Assembly: GCA_032718475.1 (NCBI GenBank)
Contig: JAUCBJ010000087.1
Location: 1 to 64,000, forward strand
DNA: 64,000 bases
Direction of reading: 5' to 3'
DNA from: Nemertoderma westbladi
Lineage: Eukaryota > Animalia > Xenacoelomorpha
The position numbers and the translations under genes are program-made. The notes under the pieces were generated by a model, which worked only from the letters and a program-made list of their open reading frames with translations, searched no databases and had not been told where the DNA came from. Below are positions 11,700-24,084 of this stretch, in pieces. Positions within the stretch are counted from its first letter, which is position 1. Each line of letters starts with the position of its first letter.

Positions 11700-12212
11700 A
11701 TTACGAAATATATTTATTTATTTGTCAAGCACGTTAAGTAAAAACCTTACCTGTAGGTGTGTTAGTACTAAAGTATGTAAAAAACTTAAAAGCAACAAGA
11801 CCTGGACGTTGCGTGCAATCAGTGATCAGCTGACGGCAGTCAGCTGATAGGTAGGTTTCGCCCCGCAGCTGAAGACCTTCTCAGGAGGCCAAGCAAAAGC
11901 TTGGCTTTGCAAAAGCTTAAATGTATTACAATCAAACACGTAAGCATGTTATCTACAAGCAGAAATATGATTGGCGCAAGTTTGTGGTGCTGCTTCCCCA
12001 GTGGCTAGTTACCTTACAGACCTATCTCTTCATTTTATTACTCATTCCGCATCCCTATGTGAATTTCTTCTCTCTACATTTCCTTGCTTGGCCTCCCGAG
12101 AATGACTTCGCTGCGGGGCGAAACCTGGCTGCTGTCAGCTGACCATCTAACACACCTACCGGTAAGGTTTTTACTTAACGTGCTTGACAAATAAATAAAT
12201 GTAATTCGTAAT
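11700..12212. mobile_element. Foldback MITE
   Basis: ~65-bp terminal inverted repeats (TTTATTTATTTGTCAAGCACGTTAAGTAAAAACCTTACC...) plus an inner inverted pair (GGTTTCGCCCCGCAGC). Confidence 0.75.
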
Positions 12213-12368
12213 TATTGGTTACTAAAGCTTCTACTTCAAACTGTTGAATATTGTTGACTTTTCATTTTTCGTTAAACTATGGACAGTAATAAATAAGAAT
12301 TGAAGATATTATGACACAAACAGTTGTTACCTTTGTAATTTATTAATTACATTATTAAAGGTTTAAAA

Positions 12369-13173
12369 TAGGGATGTTGCGAATGTCATATTTTTAACAT
12401 CCGCGGATGCAGGTGTCTGAGGTGACATCCGCACGGATGCGGATGTCTATTAAAACATACATATTTTTGCCTGGCCTCCCTTTTACATCAAGGTTATACC
12501 AGCATTTTAATATTATATTCTAATCTTATATTAATAAACTAACAAGAGTCTAAGGTTATAGAACATAATGGGACATAATATAACAAAACAATAATATAAC
12601 AAACATTTTTTATATTGTTCCCGTCGAGTGTTAGTGTATACTGTATAGTGTACAACAATGTACGTGTACACACACTGGCACACAAAATCGAACTTCTAAG
12701 GTTGCTCCTCTTACAGAAACTGTCTAAATGTCTGTCTGTTTTTTTGTCTGTCTGTTTGTCGGTCAAAAAATAAACAAAATCACTTAACCTCACCAAAATA
12801 TGCCTATGGGGGTTTTCCAGGTCGGCGAACTCATTTCCGATGTCAGTTTTTAACAGCATCTTGACTGTCTGTTTCTTTGTATGTCTGTCAGTCAGTCTGT
12901 TTGTCTGTATGTATGTATGTCGGTCAAACAATAAACAATTATTATTATTATTGTATTTTTTAATTACCATTACTATTTTGACTATTATTACTATTAATTA
13001 CCAGTATTTATTATTGAAAATTTAATTGAGTGGTTGCTGGGCCTTCAGACAGGATGCTTGAATAGTGCATGTAACATCCGCATGTTACATCCGCATGCCA
13101 TGGGTGCGGATGCGAATGCGAAAAATCATGCGGATATCCGCGGATGCGGATGCGGACATGCGCCACATCCCTA
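12369..13173. mobile_element. Non-autonomous hAT element
   Basis: TAGGGATG...CATCCCTA termini, perfect 8-bp TSD GTTTAAAA, subterminal (CGGATG)n motifs. Encloses a GTCT-microsatellite-bearing insert at ~12660-12930. Confidence 0.85.
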
Positions 13174-13511
13174 GTTTAAAACCAAACCTACAATTATGTA
13201 ATTGTACGTTGTACATTGTCTCAAACAAATTACAAACAAGAAATATACTGTAATAAGAAAACATAATAAAATTAAAAACCATTTACATGACCTGAGGTAC
13301 CGCATGACAGAAAAACTTAAATAACATTCAGTGACTGTGACATTAGTTAGTTAGATCTATTCTCAAGTAATTATATTTAGTATAAAAATAGATAAAACAA
13401 CAAAAAAAAACGAGAATTCGTAACTGGATCATTCGATTCGTGTTAAACTTACATTCCGTTTATCAACTACTGGAAAGGAGCAGGTCACAGCGGCGGGATT
13501 TTCTGATTGAA

Positions 13512-13745
13512 AGGGGCCGTTCAAAAATTGTCATCGTATTTCCTTATATTTTTAACCTGCCACCCCCGAAGGCACGATTCGCTAATAAATAAATTAATAA
13601 ACATCTCCACACTGTTAGCGACACACACAATTAAAGTTTCCCCCAGGCTGCAGCCTAGTGGTCAAAGCGGCCCCGGTGCCCCTGATTGACACCCCCCCCC
13701 CTCCCCACTTCCCAATAACAATGACGCCGTTTATGAACAGTCCTC
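13512..13745. mobile_element. PIF/Harbinger-like MITE (degenerate)
   Basis: AGGGGCCGTTCAAAAAT...TTTATGAACAGTCCT imperfect TIRs. Confidence 0.5.
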
Positions 13746-14695
13746 CCTGCGTTACCATAGTAACGTGTTACTACTCAATCTAAGGGGAGATTACGATGAG
13801 AATGGATCGAGAAATACAAAAATTTGGTGTAATAATATTTGTCAAGTGAAATTTTTGTAAATATAAACAAATATCAGGCCTGCTATATACACAACTAACA
13901 GTAAGTTATTAACAGTATTGCATAGGTTACGTCACACACAACACAGACCTACAGGCTGCAGAGCAGACAAGGCACAAACCATACAGTACTTAGAGAGGGG
14001 CTGTGGGTGAAATTGTACATAAATATTTCGGTCGGCTAGAACCAAATTTCCAATCAAACCAAATCCATTTAAATCCCTAATTAAATATAATGAAATGATA
14101 TTAAATATAAAACGTTTAGATATATTACTTAACCTCCTTTTAGTTTGGGAAAAACTACATTTCAATATATTTAACAAAAATATTGCATCGATCGCACCTG
14201 AGAAATAATTATTGAATCAAAGAATTTCATTTTTGAGGCGATATCCAGCCAGCTGGTAGTTTAGGGGGGGAATCCATTAAATTATCATCTGTGAACGCCA
14301 TTCTAAACGGAATTCTTTACAGACTCGACGGATACTTCAGTTGCAGACTTCCCAAAAATAGACCATCTAAGCGGACTGACAACTCTCGGTACACCGTAAC
14401 CAGTCTACCTACACACCCCGACATCAACCCAACCTCATACAACCAATATACATCCATATAATGGCGATTAGGAGGATGTGTGCTTGCAAAAACCACCAGG
14501 AGTGAGGAAATTTGATGGCAGATAATATATTAGAAATTAGGGAATTGTAACTAAAATATATATATATATAGATCATTGACACAAAAAAGAAACTAAAACA
14601 AAATGAAGTCGACCTAAAACGAATAATATGTTGACAATAATTACAAAATACTAAAAGTAGAATGTTTACGAGATACTGTGGGTGGATGACGGTGA

Positions 14696-15577
14696 TTAAT
14701 AACGTTTCCGTTTACCGTCCGATGTTACCGAACTAGCCGAGGGACCGAAGCCTCGCTTACGAGACAAGGAGACCTGCGATTGGGCCGTCAACTGTAGTTC
14801 GATCGCGTTGGAATTGATCCGCTCGGAAGTCAGTAGATTCTTCATCCCTTTCATCTTGGCGCTGCGCAACTGGACGTAAACCCGCCCGCCGCGCCCGTAC
14901 ATAACGTCGCGCAACCAGTCGGCGAGGATGGCGCCGCCCAGGTCGTCGTCCAGACAGCCGCGGGACCGCGAGGCCACCCCGGAGGCCGCCTCCTTCACGG
15001 GGAGACCGTCGAACGCGTCCGAGTCGGACCCCGAGATCATCGGGACCGCGGAGAACATCGGACTCGGTTCGTCCTTGAGTTGGAGGAGTTCCTGGTTGGA
15101 GGAGTGACGACTGCTCTTCCGACGATCGTCCTCGTCGTCTTCCTCGGGGTTCACGGTGACGCCGAGTCTCGCCGCCGCGTTGAATTTACCCAACGTGTTC
15201 ACTAGATGGCGTGCCCAACTTATGTGGACCACGGGCGTCGTGGAGTCCTCCTCCCACAGACAGACACCGTCGTAGAACACGAGAATGGCCCCGTAGACCC
15301 AGGAGTCGCTTAGTAACTCGCGACTACGCGGGTCCGACCGACTGGCGATACTCACCACCTTCAACATCCCCGGTATAACGTCGTTGGCGACCTCGAAGAA
15401 CTCCTTGTATATCTCCTCCTCCTCGCGGCAGTAGTTGTACAGCGATATTGTGCCGCCGGCGAGCGCCCAGCTGTACAGCGCGGACTTGTAGCGCCGGTTG
15501 CGTAGGTAGAAGCCGGCGAGGTAGATGTACGGGTAGACGTGGTGGTTGGCGTAGTTGCTGCGACTCACTTCCGCCGC
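14696..15577 (-). CDS. MEN1: Menin, last coding exon (293 aa + stop)
   Basis: Acceptor TTTTGGTTTACAG| at 15578. YANHHVYPYIYLAGF, YNYCREEEEIYKEFFEVAND, FYDGVCLWEEDSTTPVVHISWA, SAKMKGMKNLL..INSNAIELQLTAQSQV and basic C-terminal NLS-like motifs all match menin. Confidence 0.95.
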   Translation of the reverse strand, partial: AAEVSRSNYANHHVYPYIYLAGFYLRNRRYKSALYSWALAGGTISLYNYCREEEEIYKEFFEVANDVIPGMLKVVSIASRSDPRSRELLSDSWVYGAILVFYDGVCLWEEDSTTPVVHISWARHLVNTLGKFNAAARLGVTVNPEEDDEDDRRKSSRHSSNQELLQLKDEPSPMFSAVPMISGSDSDAFDGLPVKEAASGVASRSRGCLDDDLGGAILADWLRDVMYGRGGRVYVQLRSAKMKGMKNLLTSERINSNAIELQLTAQSQVSLSRKRGFGPSASSVTSDGKRKRY

Positions 15578-15886
15578 CTGTAAACCAAAAAATATCTTTA
15601 GTTATTTAGGCCTATTGATTGAGAAAGAAATTCCACACTATTATCACCCATTTGTTAACGACTTATACTATATGATAGGGTTTACTGACTGAACGCCTAC
15701 AAAATGCTAAACCTAGTAGTTTGGGAAAAGTTAAAGAAAGTGGAACATTTCATATACAGTTTGACATTTTTCAATGGTCAAGTTCTAGGTTACAAAGACC
15801 GACTTTTCTACCCAATGAAAAATAAAAAAAATAATGAAAAATTCGAATTAGTTATTACAGTTTCACAATGTGAGCCTAATCATAAT

Positions 15887-17476
15887 TAGGGATGTCCCGG
15901 AATCAATATTTTGATTCCGGCCGGAACCGGAATTCAACTTGCCGGAATATTCCGGCCGGAATTCCGGCCGGAACCGGAATTTTCTATAATTAATGAAATA
16001 CACTAAATGACCCATGAAACAATTTTTTGTGAAACAAATGAATTTTTTTAATTTCTACTAAGTTTGATAATGAGAGGAATCAGAACCTTGGGGGGAATTA
16101 AGGTGGGTGGAGTGGAGAATGGCCTGGGCCGTAATGGGACGGGATGGTACTTCGGCATTGAACGACAGGGAATTCAATAAAAAATTTTTCTAAAATCTAT
16201 AACTTTGGCAAAAAGTTAGGTTATTATCATTTAGACTCATACCTAAAAACCTACGTTAAACAAAAACCTATGGTTTCGCCGTTCGTCCTTTGGTACAATA
16301 TCCTGGTGTCTTTAAGGGAAAGGAGCATGTTACAGGGACATGTTATTCGAACCAAAACAATAAACGAGTCCAATAGTACATGTTACAGTTTAATTATTGC
16401 TGGGAATAAATAGATTTATGGTAAGAAATGGATTTGCTGTAAATAGAAATTAAACTACTATATTATGCAGCACCTACGACGCAGAACTGAACTAACGACA
16501 ACTCGCAGGACCTGTACGTATTGTAATAACGTTTATATTAGATTTAGGTTAGATTATAGTAATTGTAATTGTGTAATATTGTATTTGTAACCAGGTAACA
16601 TAAAGGACCCCCATGAAAATACGCTGCAAATCTTTAGGGGTCATCCTAATGTTACGTTGGACGAGATAATACCAATCATAATATTATCATATTATTTAAT
16701 AATTAATTCAAAGTAAAATAATATAAAATCAATGTAAAATAATGTAAAAATCAATGCAAAATATTGTAAGATCAATCTAAAAAACGTCATTTTATAAGCA
16801 AATTGGAAAAAGCAAATTGGAAAAACCACTATTTAAGGCCCGTGCTCCACTGGTAAGTCTTATGTAGTCTTAGTCAGAATAAATTATGGAACACATTGGT
16901 TTTAATGTGAGCGTCTCCACTGGTAAATCGTAAGTTACGACCGATAAGTCGAAATTGATTATGTCCCATGTTCCATCTTTTGACATATGACTCATGTGTT
17001 ATATCCGCCAAGATGCCTGTGATTGGTTACTTTGGGTATAAATATGCAGTAAATGTGAGATGCATCTTATATTTTTTATCAAATTACTTATGACTTGTGT
17101 TACCAATGAAGCAATGAGGCATTCATTTTGACATTCTGACCAGTGGGGCACGGGCCTATTGATGCATTTCATTAGTTAATGTAAATTACGATGGTTATTG
17201 TGAATTGTATATGAACACTACAGTAGGTGGTGTAACAGATGGTGGGACCATTTTAGTTTGATTACCAGGTGAAATGTTTTTGGAATTGTGTTACATATCA
17301 AACGTGCAACTGCAAAGCACTGCGTGCCAACGTACAAAATGTGCAACTATCAAACTAGTTAGGAACCTGGCAATTCCGGTAAAATTCCGGCCGGAATTGA
17401 CCCCATTCCGGCCGGAACCGGAATCGGGCAAAAACCGCCGGAATTCCGGCCGGAACGGAATTCCGGGACATCCCTA
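15887..17476. mobile_element. Non-autonomous hAT element
   Basis: TAGGGATGTCCCGGAAT...ATTCCGGGACATCCCTA TIRs, perfect 8-bp TSD ATCATAAT, subterminal CCGGAA repeats. Confidence 0.9.
16837..17156. mobile_element. Harbinger-like MITE nested in the hAT element
   Basis: GGCCCGTGCTCCACTGGT...ACCAGTGGGGCACGGGCC TIRs, flanks TAA/TAT. Confidence 0.7.
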
Positions 17477-17503
17477 ATCATAATAACATTGTAGTCCCGG
17501 TAC

Positions 17504-18023
17504 CAGCCGTCCCAGCCAAAAAAGTCGATGAAAAAAAGGAAAAAAAGGAATTTATATTTAAAAAAATGGAAAAAAAGGAATAGGATGAAGTTCAAAAAAA
17601 AGGACAAAAAGGATCGGATACGGTTCAAAAAAAGGGAAAAACTGAATTGATATTATCTTTTAAAAAAGGATACCGATAGTAAACATTATATTTCATTAAC
17701 CTTATATAGGACTATTAAGAAACGTCACTGTATTAAATGGCAGGGAGAGATCAAAGTAAGTTAAAAAGTAGAAACACAGAAAGAGAACATCGGCAATGGC
17801 AATAATATAATTATTGTAACTCAACATATCAATGAAATAAGAACTTAAAAACAATTAAGAAATTTTCACCTTTTTTGCCTAGTTATCAGAGATGGTTGAG
17901 CTCGGCCGATTGATGGTCATAGAACATTAGTTTGAAAGTGATTTCCGGTCGTGGCTACATTTATATAAATAACAAAAATGTTATTAGACGCAATTAAAAT
18001 TCAACCATCTCCAGGGGAAAACG
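17504..18023 (+). repeat. Dispersed repeat, copy 1
   Basis: ~520 bp highly similar to 21802-22354, same orientation. Confidence 0.85.
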
Positions 18024-19143
18024 TTCACACATAAACAGTCAACTTTCAACATGCAACTGTCAGCACTAGTCCAATGTTCTAGAGACAAATAGGGCAGATA
18101 TCACGGTTGGAGTACAAGTACTAGTATTCCTGAGAGCTGCTGTCTTTCTTGTCTGCACGGTACCTCCCCTGTCCAATAACTCCCCTATACGTATACAGTG
18201 CCAATGTGTGAGTTCTGCATCAACTCTAAACGGTTGGGACGGTTACAGATCATTTATGTTATTTTATGTTTTATATATATTTTTTTTCATAAAGTTAGTA
18301 CAAGGAACACTTTTATAACCCCAATAATAAAGTCCTCCTTTCCCTGATCTCAATATTTAGATACAGAGGTTTTTTGAAGCTTTTACCGGTCCATTGTTTT
18401 GTCCCTTTGTCGGAAGAGGTTACTTTGTATATTCACATTAGACCTACTGCCCTACCTGGAACGAATAAAGGCTGGAATATTTACTTAATAACATATTTTA
18501 ACAAGACCTACTCGTAAGTGACCCGTTTGAGACGGCATCACGTTCTAGATCCCCAAAAGGTTTTCACTTGGAAAAGTTCTAGCAAGCGATAGGCTGCGCA
18601 AAAATCCTATCACAAATGCCGAACGGCAAGGGTTAAGTGAATATAGAGTTAGCGCAAGTTGAACTATTTTACAGTAATGATAATGAATGATGAGTGGACA
18701 GGATATCACTTATTTATTCAACTGGTATACCACGAGATTGGAGATCCATTAATGGAACTTGTCAAACTACAGCAATAAGTAAAATAATTGATTCTACTAT
18801 TAATATATTAATGAAACCACATAGCATAGCCCACTGCAATACAAAGTGTATCATGCTTAACTTACTCTTGGGTGGTATAAATGGTGGTGAAATCACTAAA
18901 CTATATTAACCCATTCATCCATGTATTTCAAATGGCTACTAATGTATGTTATATTCATTTTAAAGTTTTGTGTTGGAAACATTTCCTTTAATTCAACAGT
19001 TATATCTCTTTAGGGTAGTTTTACATTTTGTAATCAACCATTAAATAAATATTAAGTTAGTTAACCACAATGAACTACATTTGTCATTGAAAATATTTTA
19101 TACTATATATTTATATTATATATTTATTTTATATAATAATAAT

Positions 19144-19410
19144 AATATTTTAAAAAGTCAAGAGATGAAAACTTATATGATCTATCACTAAAAATTTAAA
19201 TTACTATTATTAGGTTTCGATAGCTCTCTCTATCTTTTTCAAATAAACGATATTCTAGAATTATCATTATTTCTTTCATTTGTAGTGCAATAATACTAGA
19301 ATATCGTTTATTTGAAAAAGATATAGAGAGCTATCGAAAGCTAATAATAGAAATTTAAATTTTTAGTGATAGATCACATAAGTTGTCATCTTTTGAATTT
19401 TTAACATATT
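19144..19410. repeat. Long AT-rich inverted repeat (foldback)
   Basis: ~120-bp arms with few mismatches (e.g. TCTTTTTCAAATAAACGATATTCTAG and its reverse complement), ~20-bp loop. Confidence 0.85.
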
Positions 19411-19608
19411 AGGCCTATTATTATATACTAAAACAACTTGATCGTACACCAAGGCATTCGTTCTTTAAGAACGCCTCGTCTCATACCCTACAGTCATATT
19501 CCCTCACACTTTCTTCTTAATTAAATTATTTTATATAATATAGATGATATTAAAGGTTTTACAATACCATAGTAATAGCTCTTGTATGAATCTTTCTTAT
19601 CTGATACA

Positions 19609-21377
19609 ATGGCTGGATCTGTACTAGAATCTGGTGAAATAAACTTAAATATCTCAGATAACAATTTGCAAGCTTCTAGTACAGAATGTGAAATGGGAAT
19701 AGAAATAATTGTCAAAAACAATCCCTCAAATGAGGATAATAATGTTGTCGATGCGATCAATGGTAAAATCGACAGTGGTGATACTTTAGAAACAAGAAGA
19801 AAGTCACGCCTAAGTATGATATTGCTGTTAGTTGCAGGTTTGCGATGGAGAAAGGATTTGCCCGATTGTGTTTTCAAACAACTAACATATGATTCTTCAT
19901 TTAACAAAATAGTTTTGAAAATCTGTGATAATTGGATATATTCTCTAATTGTCTTCTCTTTAATTTGTTTCAACTTATTTTCATACATGGTGTCATGTGT
20001 TTATATATACAACAGGGTTGGTGGTATTGATGGAAAGTTCATGATTGCATGTGTCCAAGCAAATTTTAGTACTTTGGGGGCATTGTCATATCTTGTGTGG
20101 TATTTTGTAAACTACAGAAACTCTTACTTTGCAGTATTACAATCACATATGGATGGAGTCAGCAAAATGGAGAAGGAAACAATCAAATGTATGCAGATAA
20201 AACACGTTCGTGGGGCCTTCGAGCAGCACGAAGTGAGCAAAGCCTTTTGCATATGGTCACCATTAATGAGTTGTCTGCCGTTAGTCAGAAGTCTTCAACA
20301 CAATACTCGTCCTCATCTTGAGCCTCGTTGCGTTCGTTCGTTTTTGACCAAACTTCAGATTCTTTCTAAACTTTTGACGGACTACATACATAACAAGTTT
20401 CGTTTAATTTCATCAAGAAATAACCTAGTTATTAGCGATCAAAAGTTTACGACGACAGACGACGACGACGATAGACAACTCGCCAAGAATGGCACCCATA
20501 TGCTAAGGCTTCGCTCACTTCGTGGCTTGCCCCACAGATGTTGGCAATTAATGGATCTGTTAAAGATACAATAAAACATAAGAGATATTATTTAAAAATC
20601 ACACTAATGAGCTTTTATTTACTATCAGGGTCACTTTCAATGATATCATTTTGCATTGCTTTCCATGAATACACATATATGCATGTTCTAGAGATAACTA
20701 TCCAGCCATTTAATGTTGACCAATGGACCATTTGGATTACACCAAGGAGCCTGGCATCTCTATATACCACAGTTGTATTTTATGGTTTTTATGTATTTGC
20801 ATTGCTCTTAGTCAATGATAGTTATGAAGATTTTTCCTTACTTGTCAGTGAAATTCAGTGTTATGTTAACAACAAGGGCGGCTTAAATGCACACATATTG
20901 TCATTCATCAACTTTAGGATTTGTAATCTCAATGTGCTTTTGCAGAAACGTGACAAATTAATAAATATATGGTCTGGTTTTGTATTAACACTTGAAATAC
21001 CTGTCCTATGTTTTTTCCTTTATCAAGGAATAAAGATGGGAACAAGTGAGAGCGTCGGAAATAAAAAACTAACATTCCCTATAACATTTATTGGATTTGG
21101 ACTACAGCTGATTTTCCTCATTGGATTGTTGTTGTGGAATTTGGGAAATCAATATTCTTTCAACCAATCTATGTTGCTTGCTGTTCAAGGTTTTCAAATT
21201 GATTACAACAACTGCAGTGAGGTTAACAAGATGGTACTCTTGTTTCAGACTATAAAGAGCTATAATTTTGGATTCACTATATTAAATATATTTGTTGTTG
21301 ATAAATCATTAGTACTAACAGTATTTAGTCTTATAATATCATATTCTGTATTGATGTATCAGTCTGATATATCATAA
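19609..21377 (+). CDS. Gustatory receptor-like (7tm_7/GRL) gene interrupted by an insertion; pseudogene or splice-rescued
   Basis: N-terminal LLLVAGLRW, multiple hydrophobic helices, C-terminal GFTILNIFVVDKSLVLTVFSLIISYSVLMYQ (GRL TM7 T/SYxxxxxQ signature). ORFs 19582-20574 and 20538-21377 join in frame when 20210-20535 is removed. Confidence 0.8.
20210..20535. mobile_element. 326-bp MITE-like insertion in the GRL coding sequence
   Basis: ~40-bp imperfect TIRs GTGGGGC..CACGAAGTGAGC.AAGCCTT..GCATATGG / CCATATGCTAAGGCTTCGCTCACTTCGTG..GCCCCAC. Internal (GAC)n microsatellite. Higher GC than the host gene. Confidence 0.75.
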
Positions 21378-21801
21378 TTTAATTGATAATGATATTATGA
21401 GTTGATGTAATTTGACTAAAATAATTTGTTCAATATCCTCAGGAAGTTGTTTAATATAACAGCCTTGATCAACATTATCTCCACAGTCGCATATTACATA
21501 TATTATGGCATATATTTAATATCAATATTTAATAATTTAATACGAGTGATATTATTGATCGTATTAAATGATTTTTGCCATGCTGAATTATTACGATTGA
21601 TATTATTAGTCGTTTTAAATAATGTTTTTAAACTTAATTATTTCGCTTGATATATTGATCGATTTAAATAACAGTTGAATTATTTAAAATAGCTCGTATT
21701 AAATGTAGATCAGCTGGTATCCAGCTGATCTCTTGATTCATTTCTATACATGCTTCACTTATCGTACCGGTATCACTGTACCAGTACTGCAGTATACTCC
21801 T

Positions 21802-22354
21802 CAGCCCTCCCAGCCAAAAAATCGATGAAAAAAAGGAATTTATATTTTCAAAAAAAAGGAAAATAGGATAGGATGCAGTTCAAAAAAAGGACAAAAAGGA
21901 TCGGATACGGTTCAATAATGGGAAAAACTGAATTGATATTATCTTTTAAAAAAAAAGTAAACATTATATTTCATGAACCTTAATATATAGGACTATTAAG
22001 AAACGTCGCTGTATTAAATGACAGGAAGAGATCAAAGTAAGTTAAAAATTAGAAACAACAGAATGAGAACATCGGCAATGGCAATATAATTATTGTAACT
22101 CAACATATCAATGAAATAAGAACTTAAAAACAATTACGAAAGTTTCACCTTTTTTGCCTAGTTATTAGAGATGGTTGAGCTCGGCCGATTGATGGTTATT
22201 GGTAGAGGTTTATCAAACGCTTGTAAATAGAACTTTAGTTTGAAAGTGATATAAAAACTTTGGTACGGATTTCCGGTCGCGGCTACATATTTATAAATAA
22301 CAAAAAAGCTTTTCTTAGACGCAATTAAAATTCAACCATCTCCAGGGGAAAACG
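21802..22354 (+). repeat. Dispersed repeat, copy 2 (may extend to ~22780)
   Basis: Direct repeat of 17504-18023. Confidence 0.85.
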
Positions 22355-24084
22355 GATGCAAATAATAGCTGATTACGAGCAAAAATGAAACTGTAACCGT
22401 GTAAAAGGTTTTCTTTTATTGTTTTGGTTAGAATAGACTGCCACTGCAACCTGTTACTTTCCCTAAATTGAAAATCAACAATGTTAATTCACCAAGACAG
22501 GTTTTGTGTCAATTATAAATCTATTAAAGTTCCCCCCACTGCTACATTTTTATGGTAGCTTATTGTAACTTGTGATTTTTGTCAAAATAAACATACTCAA
22601 AATAAAAATCGGCATTAATATGCCCGTCAATCTCTGTTATAACCTTGTCAATATCAACAGCAAGCTGAAGTTGATCTTCTGAACAAAAAAAAAGTAAAAA
22701 ATGTGCGAAAATGGACAAAAAAAAGTAAAAAAGGAAAAGTTCTAAAATAAAGGAAAATAAAGGAAATAAGGAAACTCTGGGTACAAATTCTGCGGTACAA
22801 TTAATTGCTGTAATGCTGTACCGGTACATCACTATCATGATTCATTATTAAATAAACTAAACGACGAAATTATAGTCAATCCGGCTAAAACAATTACACT
22901 TTTGGCATATAAGGTACTCCACCTCCAGGCCATTATTTATATCGTGTAACAATTTAGTGTTTTCAATAATGGTCTCCACCACACAAAATTTCCAGGATAT
23001 TTATCAGCATCCTCAAAGATATGCTATGGAATGGAGTTCAGAGACAGACTAAACATAAAGTTAATATGATATAATTGATTTACATTGTTGGTACCAGTGT
23101 GGTAAATTGTTAAGTTCCTCCAGTTTGCCTTTTGCACCCGTGGTTTGCCATATTTCTTTGTAATACACCATTATTATAAGGCCTATACTACATTAAAGGC
23201 CATTGTTTTTTGGCAATTTCACTTCTCAAACTTGAGAAATAAACTCAAAATAAAAATATCAACATATATTTTGTATAACTCTAATACACCATAATTATTG
23301 GTCTCTGCACCTTGGGTTCTTGGAGAAGTAAAATAATGTAATCAATAGATATATAATAAAAACAGTTAGAAAACTTCCCAGTACAATAAATTATCTACTT
23401 TATTCTGTGAAAATCTCAACCATTAAGTAAATCATACATGCAACTTTCTTTGCATGAGTTCACTGGTTATTAGTACAATAATGGCGTAGAAGAAACAAAG
23501 TAAATAGCTCATATAACATGTCAGAGAGACTAACAATAATTCTGCCACTTTTGGGAGGTGTGGAGGTGCTTTTGTGCATTTTTGAAGATCCATATATATA
23601 ATCAGAAAATGGGAGTGGAGTATACAGTATATCACAAGTCGTCGTTGCATGGTGTCATAAAAAGATAAATGTATATTTTGTATTAACTAAATATACTTAA
23701 GATTTATATGTACCGGTAACGGATTATATTATAATCTGTTAATAAATAAATTGTTGTGGCGGTCTGCATCTCCATAGTGGAAAATATCAACCGACCACGA
23801 CCACCGACCCGACCCCTATATGGAACTGGAATATATGCGGTAACTTTCTATTTTATTAGGGAAATGAGCAGGTTACAGTAGCGGTGTTTTCTAACCAAAA
23901 CATTAAACGAAACTTTATTTCACTTGCCGTCAATTTGCGCCACTAACTTTTTATTTTATCACTAACTCAAAGGAATGCCGGGGTCTACGTTGGTATTACC
24001 ATAGATACTGTACTGAGACTGACATACCGATCGGGACAATCATACTGTCATATGCTTTTGCTTTTATATCGGAATTTATTTTAC

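Larger units (their letters stand above)
15578..24084 (-). other. MEN1: Menin intron (8507 bp, GT-AG, phase 0)
   Basis: AAG|GTAAAA donor at 24084, CAG| acceptor at 15578; the join LYLK|AAEVSRSNY is in frame. Confidence 0.85.

Noticed and set aside
19582-20574. 330-aa standalone protein
   Set aside because: Its last ~120 residues are read-through into the MITE; the real frame continues in 20538-21377.
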